From the IMG/VR virus record IMGVR_UViG_3300032373_000070, positions 1 through 34,506 of that record: a stretch of DNA of 34,506 nucleotides. One strand, 5' to 3'. Both the position numbers and the translations under genes were made by a program. The notes below the pieces were generated by a model that ran no database searches, was not told the DNA's origin, and saw only the letters and a program-made list of their open reading frames with translations. Shown here in pieces: positions 1 to 9,124 of the stretch (positions within the stretch are counted from its first letter, which is position 1; every line of letters starts with the position of its first letter). The stretch comes from a virus. Its lineage: Duplodnaviria > Caudoviricetes.

Positions 1-40
1 GTCAAATTTTTCTTTTCGCACAATTTCATTTTTGAAATTA
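1..40 (+). other. Probable cos-proximal left-end / terminase-binding region
   Basis: GTCAAATTTTTCTTTTCGCACAATTTCATTTTTG directly upstream of terS resembles, from memory, the T-rich tract that follows cos in HK97/P27-type phages. Position fits; not verified. Confidence 0.4.
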
Positions 41-62
41 AATTAATATTACGGAGGCTAAA

Positions 63-455
63 ATGAGCAGAATCCCAGACTCAAATCAAATCAAAATCCT
101 CAAGGGAGAAAAGGACAAGAGGCGTTTTTTGCCTGAGGGGATTAACATTGATTTATTGCAGGAGCTACCTGACCCTCCTCAGTGGTGGTCTATAGAAGTT
201 GTTCAGCTTTATGATAAAAAAGGCGCTCAGCTGATTGCTCACGGAATGCTCTCAATTTTAGATATTGAATATCTGGGTTGGTTTTGTTTGTTGGCTGTTA
301 AAATCGACAAGCTCTGGAAAGCTGAGGAGACTCCTCCAATGGCAATGTATACTCAAGCCAATTCTCTGTCAGCACATCTCGGACTCAATCCAATTGGACG
401 CCAGAAATTTATTGCCCCAAAGTCAGGAAAAAAAGGAAATAAATTCAGCAAATAA
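63..455 (+). CDS. terS: Terminase small subunit (P27-like)
   Basis: GGAGG RBS; N-terminal KILKG, PDPPQW and C-terminal LGLNPIGR motifs typical of P27-family small terminases; stop overlaps the terL start. Confidence 0.85.
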   Translation: MSRIPDSNQIKILKGEKDKRRFLPEGINIDLLQELPDPPQWWSIEVVQLYDKKGAQLIAHGMLSILDIEYLGWFCLLAVKIDKLWKAEETPPMAMYTQANSLSAHLGLNPIGRQKFIAPKSGKKGNKFSK

Positions 456-2170
456 TGAAAACATTTTTTGAGAGAGCTGTTGATTATGCCAAGGATGCTC
501 AAACATCAAAGACTCAAGGCAAGTGGGGGAGACTCGCTTGCAAAAGATTTTTAAACGACCTCGAAAGAACAAAAAAGGAGAGCTGTGGATTTGAGTTTTC
601 AGAGTGGCATGCAACGGACGTCTGTGAGTTTATAGAAAAAATCCCACATGTTGAGGGCAACTGGGAAACCAGAGAATTAAAACTCCATGACAGCCAAGTT
701 TTTTTCTTGGTCAACGTCTTTGGATTTAGAGCAAGGGCTACAGACAGACAAAGACCTTATCAATGCAACGTCAGACGCTTTTCAAATGCTCTCTGGGCGT
801 CTGGTCGGAAAAATGGCAAGTCGACCCTCGCTGCTCCAATAGGATTATATTGCCAGTTTGAGGAAAATGAACAAGGTCCACAAGTTATCAGTGCAGCGCC
901 AACAGGAAAACAGGCTCGTATTGTTTTTGAATACGCCAAAAAAATGGTCAAAGCTGAAAAGGATTTGGCAGACTGGTACAACATAGAGCCTTATGCTGAC
1001 TCAATTGCTGGGATGGACAACGGGTCCTCATTTAAACCAGTCAACGCAAAGGCTGACACTCTGGATGGATTGAATCCTCATTGTGTTATTATTGACGAGG
1101 TCCATGCTCACAGGGACGGAAATCTCATCAATGTTTTAAAATCAGCAACAGGGACAAGAGCAAATCCTTTGTTTTTGTATGTTACTACCGAGGGTTATAT
1201 CAGAGGAGACTCCCCATGGGCGCCCCTTAGAATGTATATACAACAGATTTTATCTGGAGCAGTTGAAGCGGACCATTTTTTTGGAATTATATTCTCAATT
1301 GACGAGGATGACGACGAGTTTGACGAGTCATGTTGGGTCAAAGCAAACCCATTGATTGAAGTTAATCCTTTATTGTTGAAAGCTATCAGGCTGGACGCAG
1401 CAGACGCCAAGATGATTGCTGCCAATATGCCTGAGTTTAGAATAAAAAGGTTAAATCGACCAAGTGCAGCAGCTGACTCGCATATTGATTTACACAAATT
1501 TAATGCTGTCAAAGATGTCCTATGTCTGGATGAGTTGCAAGGTTATCCATGTTGGTTTGCTTTGGATTTGTCAGCCACTCGAGATTTGACATCCGTTCGG
1601 GGGCTGTGGTATGTTGACGGTCAGTATCATACGCATGGATGGAGATTTATTCCCAAAGGGGGAATCCATCAAAAAACAGCTGAGGGCGGGAATATTTATG
1701 CTGGCTGGATTGAACAAGGTTTATTAATAGAAACCGAGGGAGCAACAATCAATCACGCAACCATAACAGAGAAAATTGTGGAACTCAATGAGAGGTTTCA
1801 ACCAATTGCAATTTGCTCTGACCCATGGAACGCCACTGAGGTTGTCAGGGTTTTAAGTGCTGACCATGCGATTGAAGTTGAGATATTCAGACAGGGCGCT
1901 GAGACGTATCATCCAGCAATCAAATTGTTTGATGAAACATATTACAGTGAAAAATTGCACCATGGACAGGACCCAATTTTGGAGTGGTGCGCTGGCAATT
2001 TAGTAATGAGATACAATGCAAATATGAATCAGTCACCAGATAAAGGCAAAAGCGCAAACAAAATTGATGACATTGTCACTTTGTTGATGTGTTTTGGGCT
2101 GTCTAAAAACTACGAACCAAGCACGACATTTGATGAAGTGCTTAATAACAGAGTATCAATAAAATTATGA
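455..2170 (+). CDS. terL: Terminase large subunit (HK97/Terminase_1 type)
   Basis: Walker A GRKNGKS, Walker B VIIDEVH, WVKANP, nuclease motifs LDLSATRDLT and KIDDIV. Confidence 0.97.
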   Translation: MKTFFERAVDYAKDAQTSKTQGKWGRLACKRFLNDLERTKKESCGFEFSEWHATDVCEFIEKIPHVEGNWETRELKLHDSQVFFLVNVFGFRARATDRQRPYQCNVRRFSNALWASGRKNGKSTLAAPIGLYCQFEENEQGPQVISAAPTGKQARIVFEYAKKMVKAEKDLADWYNIEPYADSIAGMDNGSSFKPVNAKADTLDGLNPHCVIIDEVHAHRDGNLINVLKSATGTRANPLFLYVTTEGYIRGDSPWAPLRMYIQQILSGAVEADHFFGIIFSIDEDDDEFDESCWVKANPLIEVNPLLLKAIRLDAADAKMIAANMPEFRIKRLNRPSAAADSHIDLHKFNAVKDVLCLDELQGYPCWFALDLSATRDLTSVRGLWYVDGQYHTHGWRFIPKGGIHQKTAEGGNIYAGWIEQGLLIETEGATINHATITEKIVELNERFQPIAICSDPWNATEVVRVLSADHAIEVEIFRQGAETYHPAIKLFDETYYSEKLHHGQDPILEWCAGNLVMRYNANMNQSPDKGKSANKIDDIVTLLMCFGLSKNYEPSTTFDEVLNNRVSIKL

Positions 2171-3396
2171 ATTTTAATATTTTTAGAATGTTGTTTGGAA
2201 CTAGCTCAACAAGGAACGAGAAAGGACTGCAAGAGGTAAGACCACACAAAAAAGCGTTTGCACGGTCAAAAAAGCCAACACTTGACCAAGCACTCCAGCT
2301 GTCTTCTTTTTGGGCTGCTGTGGACAGGTGGTCAAAGACTGTCGCGTCATTGCCTTTGATATTCGAGACACTGGACAATAAAGGTCTTTGGGTTACTGAC
2401 CCAAACTCAACTCTTTCCTTTTTATTCAGTGGAAAAGTCAACAGATATCAAACCAGAACAGAATTTTTTAAGGAGTTGATTTTAAATCTGATGACAGCTG
2501 GGAATTGTTATGCTTTTATAACTCGAGTTAATAATAAAATTATTTCTTTATTGCCTTTGTCATCAACACAGGTCACAGTTAAGATTTTGGACAATGGAAA
2601 TAGGGTTTATGTTTATGAAACCAACAACAAAATTGTTGTTTTGGCAGAGGAAAACGTCTGGCATATGATGTTATTTGGTAATAATGTTGTTGGGATGTCT
2701 CCAATGGCATACGGAGCCAACGCGATTGGGGTTGGATTGTCAGCTGATGAGAGGGTCACACAGACATTGGACAACGCTGCAAAGCCGTCAGGGATATTGA
2801 CTTTTGATTCAGCTCTAAAGTTGACAGATAAACAAAGGCAGCAGCTCAAAGAGGAGTTTAAATCACTCAAGGAGGGGACTGATAACGTCTTGATGACTCT
2901 TGAGTCTGGCTGGGATTATCAGCAAATTGGACTCAATCCTAATGACATTCAGCTTTTTGAATCTCGGAGATTCACAATTGAGGACATTGGGAGGTTTATG
3001 GACGTTCCAAGCATATTATTGAATGATTCAACTGATTCAGCATTTGGGTCAGGAATTACTGAGATAATTGACGGCTGGCATAAGTTAAGCTTAAGACCTT
3101 TGTGTCTGTATATTGCTGAGTCAATGTTGGTCAGATTAGTGCTGCCGAATAAGCGAACAAAAACCAGAATTAAACATGATTATGACCAACTTCTCCAGCT
3201 TTCCAGAAAGGACAGAGTTGAGGCAAATCAAAAGGAGGTTAATTCAGCCACTATGACACCAAATGAGGCGAGAGCCATTGAAGGCAGACCACCTAAGGAG
3301 GGAGGAGACGAGCTGTTAATTAATACAGCATTACAACCAATTGAACAGTATCTGCAAGAACTGGAAAGGGCGAGAGGGTCCAACGATGAAAAATAA
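2167..3396 (+). CDS. Portal protein (HK97 family)
   Basis: 409 aa; ASLPL, GNCYA, GMSP, PSGIL and MTPNEARAIEGRPPKEGGDEL motifs; follows terL. Confidence 0.96.
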   Translation: MNFNIFRMLFGTSSTRNEKGLQEVRPHKKAFARSKKPTLDQALQLSSFWAAVDRWSKTVASLPLIFETLDNKGLWVTDPNSTLSFLFSGKVNRYQTRTEFFKELILNLMTAGNCYAFITRVNNKIISLLPLSSTQVTVKILDNGNRVYVYETNNKIVVLAEENVWHMMLFGNNVVGMSPMAYGANAIGVGLSADERVTQTLDNAAKPSGILTFDSALKLTDKQRQQLKEEFKSLKEGTDNVLMTLESGWDYQQIGLNPNDIQLFESRRFTIEDIGRFMDVPSILLNDSTDSAFGSGITEIIDGWHKLSLRPLCLYIAESMLVRLVLPNKRTKTRIKHDYDQLLQLSRKDRVEANQKEVNSATMTPNEARAIEGRPPKEGGDELLINTALQPIEQYLQELERARGSNDEK

Positions 3397-4006
3397 AATG
3401 AAAATAAAAGATTTTAAAACCAACTCTGTCAAAATGAATGAGGAAAAATCTGGAATCCTGACAGGTTACGGGTCACAGTTTATGAATGTGGATGCGTATG
3501 GTGACAGGGTTTTCCCTGAGGCATATGAGAAAACCTTAAAAGATAGAGAGCGTAAAATAAAAATGAGATGGAATCATTATGGACCTATCATTGGAAAATG
3601 GTTGGACATTGGAGTTGATGATTTTGGGCTGGCTGTTGAGGGTTCTTTAACTCCCAATCATTCAATTGCAAATGATGTTAAGGCGTCAATCGAACATGAG
3701 TCAATTGACGGGATGTCAATTGGTTATATTGAGAAAAGAGTTGAAAAAAACAAATTTGGAGGGGTTGATATTATAGAATTGGAATTAATTGAGATATCAA
3801 TTGTCGAGGAGGCTGCAAATCTTGGAGCGTCCATCAATGGATTAAAGTCAATGATTGACGAGCTTGAGTCATTGAAACAAATTGAGGCTTTCATTCGTGA
3901 TGAATGCAGGCTATCACATACGGCAGCCAAGGCGCTTGTCAGCCGTATAAAAAACCAGCGTGACGTTGGGATAATCGACTGTTCAAAAATAATTTTGGAC
4001 ATTTAA
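3386..4006 (+). CDS. Prohead maturation protease (HK97 gp4 / S78-like)
   Basis: GYGSQF..VDAYGD, WNH, GMSIGY and EISIV..AAN motifs. Start moved from TTG 3341 to ATG 3386 (GAGAGG upstream). Confidence 0.93.
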   Translation: MKNKMKIKDFKTNSVKMNEEKSGILTGYGSQFMNVDAYGDRVFPEAYEKTLKDRERKIKMRWNHYGPIIGKWLDIGVDDFGLAVEGSLTPNHSIANDVKASIEHESIDGMSIGYIEKRVEKNKFGGVDIIELELIEISIVEEAANLGASINGLKSMIDELESLKQIEAFIRDECRLSHTAAKALVSRIKNQRDVGIIDCSKIILDI

Positions 4007-4029
4007 AAAAACTAACTTAGAGAATTAAA

Positions 4030-5268
4030 ATGAGTAAACCAAACGAAGATATAAAAATCGAAAATCCTGACCAACTTGTCAACGCAGTCAAAAAGGTTGT
4101 ACTTGAGAAAGTTGCTGAGGTCCACAAAAAATATGAGGATGAAGTCACAGCGACAGGAAAAGCCTCAAAAGATACCAGAGAATCATTAGTCAAGTTGACT
4201 GATGAATTTGCTGAGATGGCTGACTCAAATGACAGTCTGAAAATTGAGATTAATGAGCTGGCTCAGAAACTCTCAGAGGGTTTTGATGCTGCTGGCAAAA
4301 AAGTCAAATCAATTGGACGGACCATTCTGGACTCAGACAATTTTGAGCAGTATCAGAAAGGCAATATTAACAAGATGACCCTGAGCGTCAAAAATACAAT
4401 TTTGACAGAGTCAGGCTCTCCACAGGACCCAGACCATAATCTGGTTGCTGAGGACAGACTTGCTGGGATTGTGCCTTTGGCAATGAGAGGATTAAATGTC
4501 CTTGATATCATTCCATTAGGGACAACCACATCTGACACCATTAAATATGGCAAAGAGTCAACTTTCACAAATAACGCTGCTGAGACTGCTCAAGGTGAGC
4601 AAAAACCTGAGTCTGTTATTGAATACACATCTCAAGAGGATTTTGTCAGAACTATTCCGACATTTATCAAGGTGAGCAAACAAGCTCTTGATGATGCTCC
4701 AATGCTGGAGTCCTCAATCAATGCCCGACTTGCTCACATGGTTAAACACAGATTGCAGACTCAAATCATTACAGGCAACGGGACAAGTCCCAATATTTCT
4801 GGATTGATGACAGTTGGGAATCATACTGCATTCACTCCAGCCTCTGGAGATTTAGCAACTGACTCTTTGAACAAGGCAAAATATGAAATCATTGGGGATG
4901 ATTATGAGGGTAATGTTATCCTTATGAATCCAGCTGATTTTGGAGCGATAGAGCGCCTTAAAACAAACACTACTGACAACAGCTATGCTTTCAGCGGAGG
5001 CTCTGCACTTACTTACATTAATAATGGCATGCAAGCTCTTATTTGGGGACTGCCTGTTGTTTTAAGTAATGACGTTACTGCTGGCAAGTTTATTTTGATG
5101 GATAGATTTGCTGTCCAGTTGTTCATGAGAGATTCTTTGAAAATAGAAATATTTGACCAAGATGAGGACAACGTCCAAAAGAACTTATTGACAATAAGAG
5201 CTGAATTGAGAGCAGCCTTTGCAGTTTATGCAAATGGTCCAATCCAATACGGTTCTTTGTTGGTGTAA
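4030..5268 (+). CDS. Major capsid protein (HK97 fold, N-terminal delta/scaffold domain)
   Basis: Coiled-coil N-terminus; EGEQKPES-like, SKQALDD, GNGTSPNISG, IWGLPVV and NLLTIRAELR motifs. Confidence 0.96.
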   Translation: MSKPNEDIKIENPDQLVNAVKKVVLEKVAEVHKKYEDEVTATGKASKDTRESLVKLTDEFAEMADSNDSLKIEINELAQKLSEGFDAAGKKVKSIGRTILDSDNFEQYQKGNINKMTLSVKNTILTESGSPQDPDHNLVAEDRLAGIVPLAMRGLNVLDIIPLGTTTSDTIKYGKESTFTNNAAETAQGEQKPESVIEYTSQEDFVRTIPTFIKVSKQALDDAPMLESSINARLAHMVKHRLQTQIITGNGTSPNISGLMTVGNHTAFTPASGDLATDSLNKAKYEIIGDDYEGNVILMNPADFGAIERLKTNTTDNSYAFSGGSALTYINNGMQALIWGLPVVLSNDVTAGKFILMDRFAVQLFMRDSLKIEIFDQDEDNVQKNLLTIRAELRAAFAVYANGPIQYGSLLV

Positions 5269-5296
5269 TTGTAGTTTAATTTTATAAAAAAAGGAG

Positions 5297-5324
5297 TGGG
5301 CTGGTTAATAGCCAGCCCATTATT
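5297..5324 (+). terminator. Hairpin after capsid gene, possible weak terminator or mRNA stabiliser
   Basis: TGGGCTGGT / GCCAGCCCA stem followed by TTATT; U-tract is weak. Confidence 0.5.
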
Positions 5325-5327
5325 AAA

Positions 5328-5606
5328 ATGACAAAAAAAATAGAAAAAAAATATATTGCAAAAGCTGGATTTCACAATCAGAAAATAGGCAGAAAAGAAA
5401 AAGGAGAGGGAGTTGACGATTGCCAAGACGCTCGCGACCTTGCTGCAATTGGTTATTTGAGAGTTAATCCACTTTACAAAACAAAAGTTGTTAATCCAAA
5501 GCCAGAAAAGGTGTCTGACCCAGAACCTCAAGAGCCAAAAGACCCTCCGAAAGCCTCAAAGAAGACAACCAAAAAAACAACTAAGAAAAAAACCTCAAAA
5601 AAATGA
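5328..5606 (+). CDS. Small Lys/Pro/Thr-rich protein downstream of capsid (head-associated, function unknown)
   Basis: Slot between capsid and connector is commonly occupied in HK97-like phages; C-terminus KASKKTTKKTTKKKTSKK. Confidence 0.7.
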   Translation: MTKKIEKKYIAKAGFHNQKIGRKEKGEGVDDCQDARDLAAIGYLRVNPLYKTKVVNPKPEKVSDPEPQEPKDPPKASKKTTKKTTKKKTSKK

Positions 5607-5614
5607 GATAAATA

Positions 5615-6202
5615 ATGGAAATAAATGTCACAAATAAAGTCAGGTATAGCATCAGCGCCACAGAGCCAAGTTATTATCCAGCGACTGTCGCAGAATGTAA
5701 GGATAATCTTGAGATTGCAGCGTCAGAGACTGCTCATGATGCTAAGCTTTTGATAATGTTAAAAGCAGCAACCAAAGCAGCTGAGAAATACACTGGAGCT
5801 TTTTTTGCACAAAGGACCGTGATTTTATATTATGACACTTTAAAAACTTTTTACAGGTTGCCAGTCTATCCAATCAGGTCAATTGATTCTTTTGAATACC
5901 TTTTGGACGCCTCATACACAGCTTTTACTGACTTTGAGCAGGACTTGGACGATGAGCCTCCGTTGGTCAGATTTGTCTCGTTTCCGTCCCCTGACAACTC
6001 TTTGAAGTCCTTAAAATTTACTTTGTCAGTCGGTTATCCATCAGCCAGTTCTCCAGTTGACGCTGACCTCATTCCAGATGATATAAAACAAGCAATCATT
6101 TTTCATGTGTATCAATCTTTTTTAACCAGAGGAGAGTTGTCAGACGCGGCTTTGACAACATTTAGAAACATGCTCCACCACTATAGAGTGATAGGAATTT
6201 GA
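5615..6202 (+). CDS. Head-tail connector (HK97 gp6 / phiE125 gp8-like)
   Basis: P..YPATVAECK..L, AAT..AEKYTG, LPVYPIRSI, VGY...IPDDIKQAI pattern. Confidence 0.88.
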   Translation: MEINVTNKVRYSISATEPSYYPATVAECKDNLEIAASETAHDAKLLIMLKAATKAAEKYTGAFFAQRTVILYYDTLKTFYRLPVYPIRSIDSFEYLLDASYTAFTDFEQDLDDEPPLVRFVSFPSPDNSLKSLKFTLSVGYPSASSPVDADLIPDDIKQAIIFHVYQSFLTRGELSDAALTTFRNMLHHYRVIGI

Positions 6203-6900
6203 TTGCTGGAATATCAAGAGTCAGAAATGAATCTCTGATTTTAAAAGACACTCTGGAGCATTTTTCAAAACATTGTGACCATATTTTCATTTATGATGAC
6301 TGCTCAACTGATGACAGTGTCAAAATCATGCAGCAGTTTAAAAATGTTACAATCATAAAAGGCAAAGAATGGAGTCAAAACCAGTGGCAGGAGGAGACAA
6401 AACACAGAGGATTGTTGCTTGATATAGTTAAAAAATCCAAAAAATATGAAATGTGTCTCTGTTTTGATGCTGATGAGAGGTTAATGGGGAAACTCCCAAA
6501 AACGACAGGAGGATACTCTGTGGACCTTTTTGACGGATATCTGACTAAGGACCTCAATAAACCATATAAGTCAGGCAGACTGTCTCAGCTTTCGAGAATG
6601 TGGGGTCCTGAGTGCAGAGAGATACTTGTATTTTTTGACCCGACCAAAGCAAAATATGACAAAGCTGGTCAGAGAGAGCCGAGTTATTCTGGAAAAATTA
6701 AAAAAACTCATGTTAAAATCAAGCATTTTGGAAAGTGCTTGAGCGTTGAACACTGGGAGGAGACTTGTGATTTTTACTCCAGATATTTTCCTCAGTGGGC
6801 TGAAAAATGGGAACGCAGAAAAGGCAAGGCAATCCACATCAAATCAGACTTTGGAGCTGAGCTTTATAATTGGAATGACTTATTATGCTTAAAATATTAA
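6199..6900 (+). CDS. Glycosyltransferase family 2 (GT-A fold)
   Basis: VRNE..IL..TLEH, IYDDCSTDDS and DxD motif FDADE. TTG start overlaps the connector stop. Confidence 0.85.
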   Translation: MIAGISRVRNESLILKDTLEHFSKHCDHIFIYDDCSTDDSVKIMQQFKNVTIIKGKEWSQNQWQEETKHRGLLLDIVKKSKKYEMCLCFDADERLMGKLPKTTGGYSVDLFDGYLTKDLNKPYKSGRLSQLSRMWGPECREILVFFDPTKAKYDKAGQREPSYSGKIKKTHVKIKHFGKCLSVEHWEETCDFYSRYFPQWAEKWERRKGKAIHIKSDFGAELYNWNDLLCLKY

Positions 6901-7679
6901 TTGCAGGAAAATACAAACCAAATGGTCATAATCCAATTGGAGGACTTCAATCATGGATTAGGACTATTAAAAAAGAACTTGAGAGGCTCGGTCATGAGGT
7001 TTATTTGTGGCAGCAGGGAGATGGCATTGCAAAGAGTGAGAGATTTGATTTGGGGATATTATCAAACATAGAAATCACTAATCACTTGAGAGCGCTTTGC
7101 AACAAAACAACTCTTATCAGTCATGGGATTATCCCAGCAGAAAAACCAGACAACAGCTGTGACAAATTGTTGTTTGTCAGTGAGGGAGTCAGGGACCACT
7201 GGAAAATGAAAGGAGGGATTATCAGACAGCCAATTGATTTGGATTTCTGGAAACCTAAAAACAATGTCAAATCCCTTGTCTCAAGGTTTAGCTATCGACA
7301 AGGAGAAACCCATTGCCAATCTGTTGCTGCTGCCATGGGGATGACATACGCTCATATTAAAAACCACACTCCAGAAAACGCTCGGAAATTTATCAGACAG
7401 TCAGCTGTTGTTTTTGCTACTGGTCGAGCTGCTTTGGAGTCTATGGCTTGCGGAGTCCCTGTTGTTATTTATGACCACAGAAAAGCATATCAAGAGCCAC
7501 TCATGGGGACAAGTTACCTCCAGCAAATGAATCACAGTTATTCTGGACGCGGAGGCATAACACCAACAAAAGAACAGTTACAAGAGAGGGTTGAGCATTG
7601 TATTAAAGCAGGCTCAAAACGTAACTGGATAAAATATCATCATGATTCTAAAAAAATAGTTAAGGAGCTTATAAAATGA
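6885..7679 (+). CDS. Glycosyltransferase, GT-B fold (GT4-like)
   Basis: IGGLQSW...LERLGHEV, FVSE, PIDLDFW and GRAALESMACGVPVVI motifs. Confidence 0.85.
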   Translation: MLKILIAGKYKPNGHNPIGGLQSWIRTIKKELERLGHEVYLWQQGDGIAKSERFDLGILSNIEITNHLRALCNKTTLISHGIIPAEKPDNSCDKLLFVSEGVRDHWKMKGGIIRQPIDLDFWKPKNNVKSLVSRFSYRQGETHCQSVAAAMGMTYAHIKNHTPENARKFIRQSAVVFATGRAALESMACGVPVVIYDHRKAYQEPLMGTSYLQQMNHSYSGRGGITPTKEQLQERVEHCIKAGSKRNWIKYHHDSKKIVKELIK

Positions 7680-7933
7680 ATATTAATAAACTAGGTAGAA
7701 TTAAAATAACAACTGATTTGTTGAATTTGTCACTTGACAAATTAGCTGATGCTTTTGCAAAACACAAAATTTTTACTTTGCATATTTATGATGATAAATG
7801 CTTGGGTGTTAAAGTTTTCAGGTGCTACTCAGAGCAGTTTGAGGTTGTTGAGGTGGGTCATAGGATTCCAGAATATATTATTAAATTTAGTTATGATTCA
7901 GGGCAATTAAAATCAGAGTTAATAAAATGTTAA
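7676..7933 (+). CDS. Hypothetical protein inside the glycosyltransferase cluster
   Basis: 85 aa, GGAG RBS, overlaps both neighbours. Confidence 0.7.
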   Translation: MNINKLGRIKITTDLLNLSLDKLADAFAKHKIFTLHIYDDKCLGVKVFRCYSEQFEVVEVGHRIPEYIIKFSYDSGQLKSELIKC

Positions 7934-8574
7934 AAATTATCACACCAACTGGAGGACGTCCAAACGCTCTCAATAATTTGAATCATTATTTAACAAACCA
8001 GACGGACCAAGGATTTGAATGGATTGTCCTGAATGATTGCGATTCTGATGGTCCTGTCCCTAGTAGATGTGACAAAATGATTTTTCCAGACTGGAAATGG
8101 ACTGGAGAAAATACTCAAGCAAAATCAATGCTGAGGTTGTTGCAAGAGGTCAATGAAAATGACCAAGTTTTGATTTGTGAGGATGATGATTTCTATCATA
8201 AAAATTATGTTTTTAAAATGAGGACCCAGTTGTCATCTGATGATTTGATTGGGATTAAAAATCCTATTTATTACAATGTTAAAAATAATACTTACAAGAT
8301 ATTTAAAAGCAACCATCACTCCAGTCTATGCAGTACAGGAATAAAAGGAAAAATGATTCACGCTCTAAAAAGGATTTGCTCAGAGTGCAAAACAAATCTT
8401 GATTCTGCTTTGTGGAGACATGGAGGGACTTTGTTTGATTCAAAATATTGCGTAGGGATAAAGGGGATGGATGGCAGAAAAGGGATTGGAGTCGGTCACT
8501 CCATGACTGGCAATCCAGACCCAAAAAGAGTATATTTAAAATCTTTACTGGGTGAAAATGAAAAAAGATACTAA
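7927..8574 (+). CDS. Glycosyltransferase family 2 (GT-A fold)
   Basis: IITPTGGRP, NQT....WIVLND and EDDDFY motifs. Confidence 0.82.
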   Translation: MLKIITPTGGRPNALNNLNHYLTNQTDQGFEWIVLNDCDSDGPVPSRCDKMIFPDWKWTGENTQAKSMLRLLQEVNENDQVLICEDDDFYHKNYVFKMRTQLSSDDLIGIKNPIYYNVKNNTYKIFKSNHHSSLCSTGIKGKMIHALKRICSECKTNLDSALWRHGGTLFDSKYCVGIKGMDGRKGIGVGHSMTGNPDPKRVYLKSLLGENEKRY

Positions 8575-9124
8575 ATATTTTATTTGTGCAAGTGGACCAA
8601 GTCTGACTCAGCAGGACATTAATGCTGTGAGAGACAAGGGAGTTGTAATTGTAATTAATAACACTTATCAACTAGCGCCATGGGCAAATATTCTCTATGG
8701 TTGCGACCAGAAATGGTGGAAAGCATATCCAGAAGCTTTGGATTTTAAAGGCAGAAAAATATCCATACAATTTGACAATGAGAATGTTGAAAAATGGGAG
8801 AGCAACAGCTGCCTCAATGGACTGGGAGAGGATATCATCCACACAGGAGGCAACTCTGGTTATCAAGCCATTAATCTGGCTTATTTATTAGGAGCCAAAG
8901 AGATTGTTTTATTGGGCTTTGACATGCAAAGAACCCAAGGGAAAGGACATTGGCACGGGGACCACGTCAGGAACCTGAGCAACCAGTCCAATTTTAAGGT
9001 TTGGATTGGTCATTTTTATATTTTATCGCAGAACTTAAAACAAAAAGGGATAAAAGTTTTTAACTGCTCCAGACAAACAGCTCTTGAGTGTTTTGAAAGA
9101 AAAGAGCTTAAAGAGGTTTTATGA
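8558..9124 (+). CDS. Maf/DUF115 (MptE-like, CstII-like fold) putative sugar transferase
   Basis: ICASGPSL, VIVINN, YGCD..WW and NSGYQAINLAYLLGAKEIVLLGFDM motifs. Alternative GTG start at 8552. Confidence 0.75.
   Translation: MKKDTKYFICASGPSLTQQDINAVRDKGVVIVINNTYQLAPWANILYGCDQKWWKAYPEALDFKGRKISIQFDNENVEKWESNSCLNGLGEDIIHTGGNSGYQAINLAYLLGAKEIVLLGFDMQRTQGKGHWHGDHVRNLSNQSNFKVWIGHFYILSQNLKQKGIKVFNCSRQTALECFERKELKEVL

Noticed and set aside
6199-9124. GT cluster as a DNA-hypermodification or O-antigen conversion (gtrABC) locus
   Set aside because: No hydroxymethylase, base-modifying or nucleotide-metabolism genes and no membrane flippase or polytopic GT are present, and the cluster is coupled to late structural genes. 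Strong GATC avoidance also argues against protected DNA. Disfavoured, not excluded.
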